Source: Patescibacteria group bacterium (GTDB lineage Bacteria > Patescibacteriota > Patescibacteriia > UBA9934). Taken from it: a stretch of 64,000 nucleotides of DNA. Numbering within the stretch: position 1 is the stretch's first letter; each line of letters begins with the position of its first letter. Both the position numbers and the translations under genes were made by a program. The DNA lies in contig JBBTSM010000006.1 in the NCBI GenBank assembly GCA_038064675.1, positions 7,776 to 71,775 of the forward strand, read 5' to 3'. Below, in pieces: positions 38,785 through 49,298 of the stretch. The notes under the pieces are model-generated. The model searched no databases, was not told the origin of the DNA, and saw nothing but the letters and a program-made list of their open reading frames with translations.

Positions 38785-40701
38785 TTATATCGACGCCTTC
38801 ACCGTTCCCTTCCCCGTTGTCAGCACATCGCCTTCACATTCGGTGGTCACGGCATCAGCTGATCGTTCGAGTACCGATCCTGTCATGTCGTCCTTGGCAT
38901 TCAAAACTGTTTTGCCGACCAATGTTTTTGCTAAACCAACATCGGCGGCAGTTGGCGTGATCGATACGCTGAATCGAGCAGTAACAGCCGCGGATCCTGC
39001 TGGAATACTCGACATGGTCCAACGAACGATTCGTGTTCCGACGTCGTACAACATCGATCCGCTCGTTGCTGTCGAAAAATCGTCCCACGTCACCCCTTCT
39101 GGAAGCGTTGCAGAAACCGTGATGGCATCCAAGCCATGCAAACCACTCGCAATCGTCCACGTCGCCCGATAATGCGTTGTACTCCCCGCCATTGGTGGCA
39201 GCGGACCGCTCCCGAGTGGTGCACCGTCGTCATCAAAGTATCGCAATGTACTGAGGATTGCGGCATCGGAATTGAGCTGTACTGTTAGTGGAGCAGACTG
39301 AACCGTTATCGCTCCTCGTGTGGCGCTAAAGGCAACGGAAAACGCGCTGCTCACCGCGGAAAGATCGAGCTTCATCGGAAACGCAAGGTCGAGCGTTTTG
39401 TGGCTGCCGGCCGCAACGGTACCGATCGTTTTCGCGTCGAATGTGATACCCTTAGCAGTCACCTTTCCGCCAGCAAGCACCGCAGTGCCCCAATCAATCG
39501 GCAAGTTGTCTTCCGCGGTAAAGTCGAGCAACGCTGTTGCATCGGCAATCGCTGTATCACTGGTGTTATCAATACGAAGCGCAATGCGGAATAACGATCC
39601 TGGATCTGCAACTACCGTTCCTTGTGATCCATTTCCAACCATGAGAAGCGACAACGCGCTTCCCTTCACATCGGTCAGCGCCGTTGTTGTAGTCTGCGGA
39701 GAAAATCGCGTGCCAGCAATGCCGCTCACCACAGTGAGCGTTTGCGTGCCCGATGCGTCAGATGCAAAGGCTCCGGTCACAACAATTGTGGATTCTGAAG
39801 GAATCGGGGCAACAGGCACAGCAGAAGCAACGGGCGATCCGTCGGTTGCAACGGAATCGGCGGCCGGTGCAGCCGGCGGAATGTCTGGCAATGTATAGGT
39901 TGGCGCTCCGCCGGCAGCCAATGGCGGCACACTCGTTTGCACAAAGAATCCCTTTGGTAACGTGAGCTTTACTTGTGGAGCAACAATCGTTTCTGTCCCC
40001 GCATTCTGTACATGGACGGTATACGTAACGGTTTCGCCAACATTTACTGTTTCTGGCGCGTCGATGGCGACAATCGTGGTGCTCGTATTCGTTGCGATTG
40101 TTTTCGTGACGATATCGTGGAACTGCGCATTAAAGTTTGCCGGCTGATACGACGCGAGCGCCTGAATACCAGTGGTACTTGGAACATCGGCATTCCAAAT
40201 ACCTTCGATGAGAATCTTTCCATCGCTCTTCCCAGAAATCGTTCCTAAATCAAACACCATGTCCGCAGCACTCGTCACCGCTGGCGTTGACGACTTCATA
40301 ACAAATCCCGCCGGCAAGTTCATATCAATCTCCACGTTCGTCAGCGGATACGATGTCTGATTCGCGTAGTCGAATTCGATTGTCGCATCAGCACCACTCC
40401 GCATATCATCCGAAGCAACAAACGCCATCGCCAAAGGCTTTCCTTGCTGTTCTGGACCAAAATAGCGCGAGTACACCACGTATCCGCCGAGCGTCAGCAC
40501 ACAAATCACCGTTAACGCCACAATCGCCCGAAGCAAAAATCGTGTGAGTCGAGACCCGCCCTTTGTTACCACCTTCAAGTCGTCGCGCTCGTCGCCGTAA
40601 ATCGCCGAAAGGCCAGCGCTGATGTCCGCCTCCATTTGTTGCGCAGAATCCTTTGGACTCCGAGCGTCCGCGCGATGCGAATGGCGACGTTTAGTGAGCA
40701 T
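38785..40701 (-). CDS. Membrane-anchored protein with Ig-like/DUF11-type repeats
   Basis: One TM; VNVGETVTYTVHVQNAG, SGPLPP..G.TTHY, VSATLPEGV. Confidence 0.7.
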   Translation of the reverse strand: MLTKRRHSHRADARSPKDSAQQMEADISAGLSAIYGDERDDLKVVTKGGSRLTRFLLRAIVALTVICVLTLGGYVVYSRYFGPEQQGKPLAMAFVASDDMRSGADATIEFDYANQTSYPLTNVEIDMNLPAGFVMKSSTPAVTSAADMVFDLGTISGKSDGKILIEGIWNADVPSTTGIQALASYQPANFNAQFHDIVTKTIATNTSTTIVAIDAPETVNVGETVTYTVHVQNAGTETIVAPQVKLTLPKGFFVQTSVPPLAAGGAPTYTLPDIPPAAPAADSVATDGSPVASAVPVAPIPSESTIVVTGAFASDASGTQTLTVVSGIAGTRFSPQTTTTALTDVKGSALSLLMVGNGSQGTVVADPGSLFRIALRIDNTSDTAIADATALLDFTAEDNLPIDWGTAVLAGGKVTAKGITFDAKTIGTVAAGSHKTLDLAFPMKLDLSAVSSAFSVAFSATRGAITVQSAPLTVQLNSDAAILSTLRYFDDDGAPLGSGPLPPMAGSTTHYRATWTIASGLHGLDAITVSATLPEGVTWDDFSTATSGSMLYDVGTRIVRWTMSSIPAGSAAVTARFSVSITPTAADVGLAKTLVGKTVLNAKDDMTGSVLERSADAVTTECEGDVLTTGKGTVKASI

Positions 40702-40704
40702 AGA

Positions 40705-43314
40705 TTACCGATTCAAAATCCAACCAGAGAACACATCGCGTGTGTTATCGAATACGGCAGTATCTGCGTCTTCTCCGGCAACGTTCGTCCAATACGTCTT
40801 AAACGTAGACGGATAATTGATATGCACCGTTGTTGCACGCGACACCACACCAGACTGCTTTTGCGCGAGCATGGAGTAGCCGTCGTGATTGTCGAATCCG
40901 AGCTGCCTGCGTGCACGAGCAAGGAACGACGTGTCCGAATCTTCGGAGAACAGCACTTGAGGGATGCGATAAGACACGTGAACAACCTGTGTCTCTCCCG
41001 GCGCAGTCTGCACCCAGCCGCCAAATACTGTTTTGCCAAACTCATTCCAAATATCCATGCCAGAAATCGCGTCACGCGTTTGGTTGCTCATCACAATCGA
41101 AAGATCGTCGTCCACACTCAATGGAATATCCGACAGCTCAAACAGATTCTGCGCCGGTGGCTCAAAACCGTCGGCAGAGAGTAATACGCTGCCTTCTGGC
41201 ACATAGAACCGCACATAATCCACGTTATTCTTTCCATTGAATAACGCATTCGCCATGCCGTGATGCGTCTTGGTGAGTGTAAGGTCGTCCACAATAGTGC
41301 CGGACTCGGAAATATTCACTTCAACATTCACCGCCTGGTCAATGACCGCATCCGTCTTACCACCACCGATATTTGTGTCCACAACCATCAAGTAATCACC
41401 CGCCGTCTGTTCAACGTTTCCGGTAAAGCCCAAGTCCTGCATCGCCTTCTGTGCATCGTTATCGCGGAAATACACCTGAATATCACGTTCAATAAGCCCC
41501 TGTTCAAGGAGCATCACAATCTTCACCAGCGTCTTCGCGTCGGCTGCTTTAATCTTCTCAATAAGTTTTGGTGCCATGTCGCCCAAAATCGCCTTTGGTG
41601 TGTTTTGTGATTTGTCTGCATCAATCTCGACAGCCTTCTCTGTCGCAAACAGGAAGTTCTCAGAATCGATCGTAAGGCCGTATTCTGACATTTCAATTGG
41701 CCCAACAATGTCCAGAAGTTTTTCAATGAACGTTGCGTTTACAGAAACCACACCGTCGGTGGTTGGTCCACCCGCATGCTCATAAAACCACTGCATCTTT
41801 TTTGCCGACGTTGGAAAATCTGGGAACCAGTTTCCGTCCTGAAACTCCCAACGAGGATTGATGAGCGATAACGGCTGTGGCGCGGCAACGAACGTATCGA
41901 GCTGCCCCTGCACGTCGTATGTGCCACCACCAGGGAGTCGCATGTTCGCGATAGCGCCATTATCCATGTCCACCTCCGCAAAGCTCCCCACAAAACCACC
42001 GGTCGGCCGAAGCTCTGTATTGTTTTGGAACAATGCGAGGTATCGCATTTTGCTCTCGCCGCCAAGGAGGAACGTCAGCGTATGCACAAATTTCAAGAAT
42101 TCCTGCATCGATGCCGCGATGGCTGGAGTTTCGGACTGCAGTTTTACAATCTTGTCTGTGTACTGCGCCGGAACAACGCTCGAATCAACCTTCGCGAGCG
42201 CCGCCTGAGCTGCCAACGCGTGAGGAAGCGCGTTTTCAATATACGCACCGAAAAGATTGAGCTTCGTGACGATGTCCGTCGATGATTGCGACGAAACACC
42301 GCTCCCCGCCTGCGTCATAATGGACGCAGTTTGCGACAACTCCTGACCAGCGGTCACCAAACCGCGCACCGATTCATACGTTCGATCTGTTTGCGGAATA
42401 ACGTTCACGATCGCCACAACACCAGCATGCAAATCGTTCAACGAATCTTGCGCGTCTGCAAATTTCGCTGCTGCTGCGGAGAAATCGGTCTGTGCTGCAC
42501 CAAAATCACGAACACTCAACGCAGACGTTGCGCGAGAAACGTCATCCAAGGCAGCAATGCCGATATTTTGTACCGTACCAACCTGATGTGCAGTGCCCGA
42601 AAGCGTTTGCATGGCGTGGAGTGGCAATACGACGACAAACGATAACATCACGAACGCTGCAAGAGCACGAACCGGCGCATGCTGTAAAAAGCCCCATTCA
42701 AACCGCAACACCTTCCGCATGGTAGACGACGGAGCACGATAGACTGGTGGCATTTCACGAAGAACAATCGGCGATGCAACAACCCATGGCGATAATGGTG
42801 TGCTAGAGGTAAATTGCTCTTCAGCGATCGATTCCAGAGACTGTTCCTCGATAACTTTCGTCATCGGCACCAATGCTTCGAGCGATACTGGCGCCTCGAT
42901 AAATGCGGCAAGCGCGTCGTCCAGCGAGATACTCGGCGCAGTCGATTTCGGAGAAATATATTTCGGTCGTGGTGCCTCTGTGCGTGGCATTACGGTATCG
43001 AATTCGCGAAGCTGACCGGAAATATCCGCGAAGTCAATCCCGAGATCTTCGTGTTCTGTAGTCGATTCCAGCGGAATCTGCTCATCGTCACCATCGATGA
43101 TGAGACTTTTTGCGAGCGCCTCAATCTCTTCAGCGACGCTCATCGGTGCACGCACAACGGCTTCATCGCGAGAAAGCTTCACAATATACGGCGACGGCTC
43201 CCCCGCACCCTGGTGGACGTGGAGTTTCTTCGCGTCGTCAGAACGGTGAATATCAGAAAACCGCTCAGGCAGAGCGTCATCGTACTGGTTCGTATTGTCG
43301 CGGCTCAGCTTCAC
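40705..43314 (-). CDS. DUF4012 domain-containing protein
   Basis: YLALFQNNTELRPTGGFVGS, DGNWFPDFPTSA, DTNIGGGKTD. Confidence 0.85.
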   Translation of the reverse strand: MKLSRDNTNQYDDALPERFSDIHRSDDAKKLHVHQGAGEPSPYIVKLSRDEAVVRAPMSVAEEIEALAKSLIIDGDDEQIPLESTTEHEDLGIDFADISGQLREFDTVMPRTEAPRPKYISPKSTAPSISLDDALAAFIEAPVSLEALVPMTKVIEEQSLESIAEEQFTSSTPLSPWVVASPIVLREMPPVYRAPSSTMRKVLRFEWGFLQHAPVRALAAFVMLSFVVVLPLHAMQTLSGTAHQVGTVQNIGIAALDDVSRATSALSVRDFGAAQTDFSAAAAKFADAQDSLNDLHAGVVAIVNVIPQTDRTYESVRGLVTAGQELSQTASIMTQAGSGVSSQSSTDIVTKLNLFGAYIENALPHALAAQAALAKVDSSVVPAQYTDKIVKLQSETPAIAASMQEFLKFVHTLTFLLGGESKMRYLALFQNNTELRPTGGFVGSFAEVDMDNGAIANMRLPGGGTYDVQGQLDTFVAAPQPLSLINPRWEFQDGNWFPDFPTSAKKMQWFYEHAGGPTTDGVVSVNATFIEKLLDIVGPIEMSEYGLTIDSENFLFATEKAVEIDADKSQNTPKAILGDMAPKLIEKIKAADAKTLVKIVMLLEQGLIERDIQVYFRDNDAQKAMQDLGFTGNVEQTAGDYLMVVDTNIGGGKTDAVIDQAVNVEVNISESGTIVDDLTLTKTHHGMANALFNGKNNVDYVRFYVPEGSVLLSADGFEPPAQNLFELSDIPLSVDDDLSIVMSNQTRDAISGMDIWNEFGKTVFGGWVQTAPGETQVVHVSYRIPQVLFSEDSDTSFLARARRQLGFDNHDGYSMLAQKQSGVVSRATTVHINYPSTFKTYWTNVAGEDADTAVFDNTRDVFSGWILNR

Positions 43315-44447
43315 AATCGTCGGTCTGCAAAATTTCGATAAATGTCACGCATCGCAAGCGCAGTTTTTTTCCACGAGAACTTCTCTGCTTGGCGAATGCC
43401 AGGAGCCTTCAAACTCTGCCATGCACTTGGCTGATGGACGGATTCAACCATCAATCGAGCAAGCGCGTCTTCGTCATCAGGATCGAAATACCGCACCGTA
43501 TCCCCCAGCACTTCCGGCAATGAAGATGTGTGGCTTGCTGCCACAGGAATTCCGAGCGCAAGCGCCTCAAGCGGCGGAATGCCGAAGCCCTCGATACGAG
43601 AGGCGATCACGAGTAATGCGGCGTCCTGGTACAACCGCGCAAGCACCGCGTCCGTTGGCGTATTGATGAAACGAATACGCGACGACGGAATGCCAATCTC
43701 CAGTGCAAATGCCTCCAGCTTTTCCACAAACATATCGCGCTTCCCCGCGAGCACAAGCATGGTTCGCTCGTCGGAAGCACACAGTTTGCGGAACGCGAGA
43801 AGTGTTGTCTCGAGATTTTTGTGCGGATACGCATTGCCAACAGACAGAATATACGGCTGTTGCACACCAAGTTCCGCGAGCGATGCCTTTTCCGCACCTA
43901 CCGGCGGGCGAACCCCGTTGTACACCACCGAAATCTTTCCCCCAGGCACTCGGAAGTGCTCAAGAATCGATCGCTTGGTGTATTCGGAAATAGCCACGAT
44001 ATGCTTGCTCCGGTGAATCGCCGCTTCAAGCGCAATGCGATAACCAATGCTCTTGATGCCGTGCAGAAATGCATTTCGTGTTGTGGCGCGCGACGACGCC
44101 GGATCCTCAAGGAGAATGAGGTCGTGAATCGTTACCACAAACGGCACGCGGGAAAATATCGGCACATTCCAATGCGGATAGTGCATGAGATTCACATGGG
44201 CCAACGCAATTTCACGTGGCATTTCGCGCTGCTCTGCAAACGAATACCACGGAACATCCACCATGCGTTTAGTGAAGTTTCCGTTGGTAATGGCGCACTC
44301 GTGAAAGTTTTCCTTGCGTAAAAAAAGCACGTACTCGTTTTCCTTGTCTCCCTCCTGCAATGCCGTCACCAATTCTGCGGTGTAACGGCCGAGGCCGCCG
44401 CCTCCAACACGCGGGCCGTAGAATCTTGCGTCAATTCCGATTCTCAT
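43311..44447 (-). CDS. Glycosyltransferase family 4
   Basis: IGIDAR, GLGRY, VVTIHDL, YPHKN, EGFGIPPLEA. Confidence 0.92.
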   Translation of the reverse strand: MRIGIDARFYGPRVGGGGLGRYTAELVTALQEGDKENEYVLFLRKENFHECAITNGNFTKRMVDVPWYSFAEQREMPREIALAHVNLMHYPHWNVPIFSRVPFVVTIHDLILLEDPASSRATTRNAFLHGIKSIGYRIALEAAIHRSKHIVAISEYTKRSILEHFRVPGGKISVVYNGVRPPVGAEKASLAELGVQQPYILSVGNAYPHKNLETTLLAFRKLCASDERTMLVLAGKRDMFVEKLEAFALEIGIPSSRIRFINTPTDAVLARLYQDAALLVIASRIEGFGIPPLEALALGIPVAASHTSSLPEVLGDTVRYFDPDDEDALARLMVESVHQPSAWQSLKAPGIRQAEKFSWKKTALAMRDIYRNFADRRL

Positions 44448-44467
44448 GACCCTATTTTATCACGTTG

Positions 44468-44526
44468 TGTGGACAAAATGTGTTCAACGTAATGCACAAA
44501 CTGTGTACAACGATGAGTTATCCACG
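44468..44526. promoter_or_regulatory. Cluster of five DnaA-box-like 9-mers
   Basis: TGTGGACAA, TGTGTTCAA, TAATGCACA, TGTGTACAA, TTATCCACG at 44468, 44479, 44490, 44502, 44518. Confidence 0.5.
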
Positions 44527-44599
44527 GAACATTGGCGGACGAACATCATGAGCAGCCTGGATGACCCTCCCCGGCCACGCAAGCCGGGGTGTTCTCGCT

Positions 44600-45262
44600 T
44601 TAGAAGTAGTGAGTTGCTGACGGTATCTTTTGGCACAAATCATAAAAGTCACCCTGCATGGCAAATGCATAACCGTCCGACGGGAATCCACGACTTGGGA
44701 TTTGCAGCAGAATCCTCGTAGCATCTAGCCGCCACATTGTTATCAAGTCTTCGACAAAACCTAACAGACGAAAGCCTGTTTCTCCCCGCTGTTGAGCGCT
44801 AAGAATTCTATCAGCCACCTTCCCGAGACTCTCTTCCGTAACAAAGAAAAGCTGTTTTCTTAAGTACTCAAGAGTGCTAACCCGATCATCGAAGAGTGGG
44901 AGATCCGAGAGCGAAAGTTCCCGATCCGGAAGAGCAAGTCTTTGCAACATGGCCAATTTTTCTTTCATCAAATCTGAAGAGTCCTCATTTCTCCCCACCA
45001 AATACACCGCACAATCCGCAGACTTCTCACGCTCATTCCAAGATTCAATAGAAAAAACGTACACAAGCACCGCATTCTCCTCAAACGTGAGCCTCAGAAG
45101 CTCTCCGGCCCGAACATCCCCCACCTTTTTTAAATTACAGATACCGAAACCTCCCAAGCTAACGTATTCAGCAGGGCCGATAGGATAATCCTTAATACGT
45201 GAGGCCTCTGGCTTTTTCCTGAGCTCGAGCTCGAGTTCTACCACTTTCATTCCATTTTTCAT
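44600..45262 (-). CDS. Hypothetical protein
   Basis: ~220 aa ORF, AT-rich; start uncertain. Confidence 0.5.
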   Translation of the reverse strand: MKNGMKVVELELELRKKPEASRIKDYPIGPAEYVSLGGFGICNLKKVGDVRAGELLRLTFEENAVLVYVFSIESWNEREKSADCAVYLVGRNEDSSDLMKEKLAMLQRLALPDRELSLSDLPLFDDRVSTLEYLRKQLFFVTEESLGKVADRILSAQQRGETGFRLLGFVEDLITMWRLDATRILLQIPSRGFPSDGYAFAMQGDFYDLCQKIPSATHYF

Positions 45263-45379
45263 ATAAAAGATCTTAGCATATTGAACGCTCAAAACTTAAG
45301 ATATATGCACAGCATACGCCCGTGATCTTTGTATTTTCATTTACCCTTGGCAACAAAATCGGCTATCATTGTGGCATCT

Positions 45380-46645
45380 ATGACGTTTCCAAAAGGTACG
45401 TTGGTGACATCGCTTTTTCTTGCGCTTCCCCTTGTACTCTGGCTCGTTGCCGAGCCACCCACTGCGTCGATTTCGTATCTTGGAAAAATTCTTGGCGTGT
45501 TTGGTTTTGCGGCATTCACCCTTGCACTTCTTTTAGCCATTCGCATCCCACTTCAAGAAAAAATCTTTGGCGATCTTGGTCAATCGTATCGTTTTCATCA
45601 GACAATCGGAACTCTCGCCCTCATGGCACTCGTGCTCCATCCGGTGTTTCTTGCGTGGCAGTACATTCAACTTTCATTCAAGGATGCCGCAGTTTTCCTC
45701 TTGCCTATCGGCGACCTTGCAAAGAACCTTGGCCTGTTCAGCCTCATCATCATGACCGTGTGCATCATTTGCACGTACTACATTCGTCTGCCGTATCACA
45801 TTTGGAAAAAGGTTCATCGGTACCTCGCACTCGCTTTTGTGTTCGGCGCAATGCACGGCGTCATGATTGGTGGCGATATTCAAACCATGCCACTCTTAAA
45901 GCTTTTGTTCATTATTTTCCTCGCACTTGGCGTTGTTGCCATTCTCTACCGAGTCCTCTTTAATCGTCTTTTTGTTCATCGAACACCATATGTCGTCAGC
46001 GGCGTGAATATCATCAATGAGAAGTTCGTTGATGTAACACTCACGCCAAAAGATCGTGGATTCGATCTAAAGCCCGGTCAGTTTGCGTACATCACCTACA
46101 TGAGTAACGGCGTGAAAGCCGAAGAACATCCATTCTCGATTGCAGGCTCCGGACCGAACGGATCGATTCGCTTCGTGACGAAGAAACTCGGCGACTTTAC
46201 CAACACACTTTCAAACATCGTGGTTGGCGACGAAGCGATGGTTGAAGGACCGTACGGAAGCTTTACGTATACCAGCGGAGGCAAAACTCAATGCTGGATT
46301 GCTGGCGGCATTGGCATTACGCCATTCCTCGCTTTCGCAGCATCGCTACCGGACGATTATCGCGCAACACTGTACTACGCAATCTCCGATGAAACTGAGA
46401 ATGCCGTCGCAAATGATCTCGCCGATCTTGCGAAACGAAAATCAAACCTCGATATTGTCGTGTGGAACAGCAAGGAAAAGGGATTTCTCACCGCGGCATC
46501 GGCGCTTAGCAAGCTCGACCCCGCATCAACCGACGTCTTCCTCTGCGGCCCAGGAGGCATGGTCAAAGCCATGCGTGATCAACTTTTTGCCCTCCACGTT
46601 CCCCACCACCACATCCACCAAGAAAAATTCAGCATGCTCCCCTAA
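45380..46645 (+). CDS. Ferric reductase-like transmembrane + FAD/NAD-binding oxidoreductase
   Basis: TM His pairs (FH..LH, VH..MH), PGQF, HPFSI, EGPYG, AGGIGITPF, CGP. Confidence 0.9.
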   Translation: MTFPKGTLVTSLFLALPLVLWLVAEPPTASISYLGKILGVFGFAAFTLALLLAIRIPLQEKIFGDLGQSYRFHQTIGTLALMALVLHPVFLAWQYIQLSFKDAAVFLLPIGDLAKNLGLFSLIIMTVCIICTYYIRLPYHIWKKVHRYLALAFVFGAMHGVMIGGDIQTMPLLKLLFIIFLALGVVAILYRVLFNRLFVHRTPYVVSGVNIINEKFVDVTLTPKDRGFDLKPGQFAYITYMSNGVKAEEHPFSIAGSGPNGSIRFVTKKLGDFTNTLSNIVVGDEAMVEGPYGSFTYTSGGKTQCWIAGGIGITPFLAFAASLPDDYRATLYYAISDETENAVANDLADLAKRKSNLDIVVWNSKEKGFLTAASALSKLDPASTDVFLCGPGGMVKAMRDQLFALHVPHHHIHQEKFSMLP

Positions 46646-46646
46646 T

Positions 46647-46727
46647 ATGAAATTCGCCCTCACCATTGTTCTCGTATTCGCGACAGTGTCGATTGGACTG
46701 ATTTTAGTGATGGGAGCCTTCGCCTAA
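46647..46727 (+). CDS. Possible 26 aa single-TM peptide
   Basis: MKFALTIVLVFATVSIGLILVMGAFA starts 1 nt after the oxidoreductase stop. Confidence 0.35.
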   Translation: MKFALTIVLVFATVSIGLILVMGAFA

Positions 46728-47710
46728 GATTCCTTTTCCTCTCCGTAATACCCGCGTTCGTTTTCTGGAAGCAGTTCGGCAACCTTCTTCATCACATCGT
46801 GAACACTCTGTCCTTCGCCGAGTACCACGGGTTCGCCCGCTGTCGCGCTTCCCTTGGTGATTCCGACCGGAACAATCGGCAGATCTTTTCCCGTGAGCCG
46901 GCGATATTCACGAGCGATGTGCTCAATGCCACCATACGCTTTTCGCATCTTTCCTCCCTCATACAACCAAAGCCCTTCAGGAAAAAGAATAACCGGCTCG
47001 CCCTTCAAAAGCACGGCGGCTGTAGTCTGTATCGATTCCTGATGAGCGCGCATGGTTTCGCGATCCATCGGCTTCCGATCTCGCTCAATCACTTTTGCGT
47101 AATACGCTTTAGCGCCGCTCGGGGCTCGCTGCAATACTTCTGCCTTCTTTTCCTCTGACAAGTTTCGAAGCGTAGATTTTACCTCGATCGCTCCAATAAC
47201 ATTCAAAAACCATCGTCGCAAGGGGTCTGCCTCAAAGTGCATATCTGCAACAAGCGTATGCGCAGGACGGCCGAGCAGTGCAAGAATTTTATACAGGTCA
47301 AAAAGTCGAGTGTGGTTGCTTACAGCGATACATCCGCCTGTTAGCGGAACATGTTCCCGACCACGGATATGAAAAAGTCCAAGCGCCTCGAAAGCACTAT
47401 AAATGCTTTTCGAGACCCTTTGGAGCGCTCCAGCGAAAAACTGCTTTTCACGAAAACGTTCTGGAAGATTCTTCTCGATGTATGCGTCAACGGAGCTAGG
47501 CTTCGAAGGGACTATCGCCGTGTCTTCGCCAAGCAATCGCTCTCGAACCTTATCCGCAGTATCAAGGTCGCTCTCTCGAGACCGCTCTCTCACCTCTCGT
47601 CCATCAGGAACCTCCGCAACATCGATCGATTCATGGTCACGCCGAATTTCTAAAGCTTCAGCCGATGTCCCGAGCGCCTTTCCTAAATCTTTCTCAGACT
47701 CTTTTGGCAT
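46724..47710 (-). CDS. Lysophospholipid acyltransferase (PlsC family)
   Basis: SNHTRLFD (NHxxxxD), LFPEG, PIVPVGI. Confidence 0.8.
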   Translation of the reverse strand: MPKESEKDLGKALGTSAEALEIRRDHESIDVAEVPDGREVRERSRESDLDTADKVRERLLGEDTAIVPSKPSSVDAYIEKNLPERFREKQFFAGALQRVSKSIYSAFEALGLFHIRGREHVPLTGGCIAVSNHTRLFDLYKILALLGRPAHTLVADMHFEADPLRRWFLNVIGAIEVKSTLRNLSEEKKAEVLQRAPSGAKAYYAKVIERDRKPMDRETMRAHQESIQTTAAVLLKGEPVILFPEGLWLYEGGKMRKAYGGIEHIAREYRRLTGKDLPIVPVGITKGSATAGEPVVLGEGQSVHDVMKKVAELLPENERGYYGEEKES

Positions 47711-47721
47711 ATCAAAGCCCG

Positions 47722-48735
47722 CTATCGTCCAACAACTCCCCTCACAAATCTCGCAGCTCGATACATCCAATACTTTGGAACGTTCACGGGAATGTCGAAC
47801 GTGCCAGCGGTGGCGTAGATGGAGCCGCCGAAGGCTTTTTTAAACTCGGTGATGCCGGCCCAGGGATGCTTTGCGGATGATCCTTCGGGCGCAATGCCCC
47901 AGAAGTCGTAGCGAATCATCCTGGAGTCGATCGCATCGTGGATAACGAAATCTTGGAGCACATGCGTCGCCTTGAGCTCGCGCATCTGATTGCCCGACGC
48001 ACCGTGAAGATACGTTCGCGTACCAAAAGAATCGATCGTCAGCGTTGCAGCAAGAGGAACCTCGTCTTTCGATGCAATCGCAAGCTTCGCGTGGCACGAT
48101 GGTTCGGCTCCAAGGGATTCGACCATGGATTTGTAGTACGCAATTTCGTGAATAGAAAATGCGTCGCGTTCTGCGGTTTGCTTCATCAAATCCACGAACT
48201 CATCGAATCGATCGATGCCAACGAATTCACAAATAACGCCCTTCTTTACGCCGAGCCTCGTGTTGTACCGAACTCGAGAGTTAAACTCACCGAATACCGC
48301 TTCGTAGCCCTTCGTCAAATCAAGAATCCGCGTGGTTTTTGGATGGGTTTCTTTGGTGGAAACCGATCGTGGAAGCTGCGTAATCGATTCCGTCCGAAGG
48401 TAATCCGTTCCGGCACCGAGCTCGGCGACCAATGCGTCGCGCATCGATTCCGGAGCCGCGTCGCCAATTGGGCCCTTCGGCACGAGCCAGTACGTAATTC
48501 CGAGCGGCGCCCTAAGTTTCATCGCCTGCGCGATACAGACCCCCTCCAACCACTCTCCTCGTCCGGCTCGGGACTCGTCGAGCGCCTTCGTAAGGGGGAG
48601 GGCTATCCTCCGAACCTCTCTTCCCTGACTCTTTTGAAACTCCCCCCACGCAAAACTCTGCAAAAATGCGCCGCTCGTTGGAGCAAAACGTGCGACCAAT
48701 GCATCCCATTCGCGCTGAGAGTATTCTGTCGTCAT
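47722..48735 (-). CDS. FemABX family peptidoglycan bridge-formation transferase
   Basis: FLQSFAWGEF, GP, RYNTRLG.KKGV, YLHGAS, YDFWGI, GITEFKKAFGG. Confidence 0.9.
   Translation of the reverse strand: MTTEYSQREWDALVARFAPTSGAFLQSFAWGEFQKSQGREVRRIALPLTKALDESRAGRGEWLEGVCIAQAMKLRAPLGITYWLVPKGPIGDAAPESMRDALVAELGAGTDYLRTESITQLPRSVSTKETHPKTTRILDLTKGYEAVFGEFNSRVRYNTRLGVKKGVICEFVGIDRFDEFVDLMKQTAERDAFSIHEIAYYKSMVESLGAEPSCHAKLAIASKDEVPLAATLTIDSFGTRTYLHGASGNQMRELKATHVLQDFVIHDAIDSRMIRYDFWGIAPEGSSAKHPWAGITEFKKAFGGSIYATAGTFDIPVNVPKYWMYRAARFVRGVVGR
48540..48602 (+). repeat. Palindromic element family A, copy 3, interrupted by 26 nt (in-frame inside FemABX)
   Basis: CCCCCTCCAACCACTCTCC-[26 nt]-CCTTCGTAAGGGGGAGGG; encodes LPLTKALDESRAGRGEWLEG. 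Confidence 0.7.
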
Positions 48736-49286
48736 ACGTGGCGAGACAAAAGCTTTAACGCAGATTTTACGCGAGATTCTGTGGTTTCGCCAGTAATATC
48801 TTTTGCGATTCCAGACACATCAGCCTTTGAATACCCAAGGCTTTCGAGTGCGTCGGCAACATCCGATTGCACCGATCCTGACTCAGTCTTGTCCTCGAGG
48901 ACGAGCACACCTTTCAAATCGAGAATGATCTTTTGCGCCGTCTTCTTCCCTACTCCCGAAATCGCGTTAAAAAACGCCACGTCGTCTGTATGAATATGGC
49001 GAATGATGTCTTCCGCCGATCCTGAAGCCAAAATCTTCTGCGCAAGCTTCGGCCCAACACCAGACACGCCCATGAACTGCTCGAAGAGTGCTTGATCAGA
49101 TCGATCACCGAATCCGTAGAGATCGTGCTTGTCTTCGCGAATAATCTCGCTGATCCAGAATCGAATCCGATCGCCAACTTCGCATTTCTGTCGCGCAACA
49201 AAAACACGATACCCGATGCCGTTCACTTCCAAGAGAACGCCGTCGGATTCAAGCCCAGTAATTGTTCCGTCTAAATAGGCGATCAT
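48732..49286 (-). CDS. ruvA: Holliday junction branch migration protein RuvA
   Basis: MIAYLDG, GIGY, LYGF, VSGVGPK, GVGKKTAQKIILDLK, ALESLGY. Confidence 0.95.
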   Translation of the reverse strand: MIAYLDGTITGLESDGVLLEVNGIGYRVFVARQKCEVGDRIRFWISEIIREDKHDLYGFGDRSDQALFEQFMGVSGVGPKLAQKILASGSAEDIIRHIHTDDVAFFNAISGVGKKTAQKIILDLKGVLVLEDKTESGSVQSDVADALESLGYSKADVSGIAKDITGETTESRVKSALKLLSRHV

Positions 49287-49298
49287 ATCTTAATTTTA

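Noticed and set aside
39815-39900. Pro/Ala-rich insert in the DUF11-type protein
   Set aside because: Low-complexity linker with no hairpin and no similarity to the repeat families.
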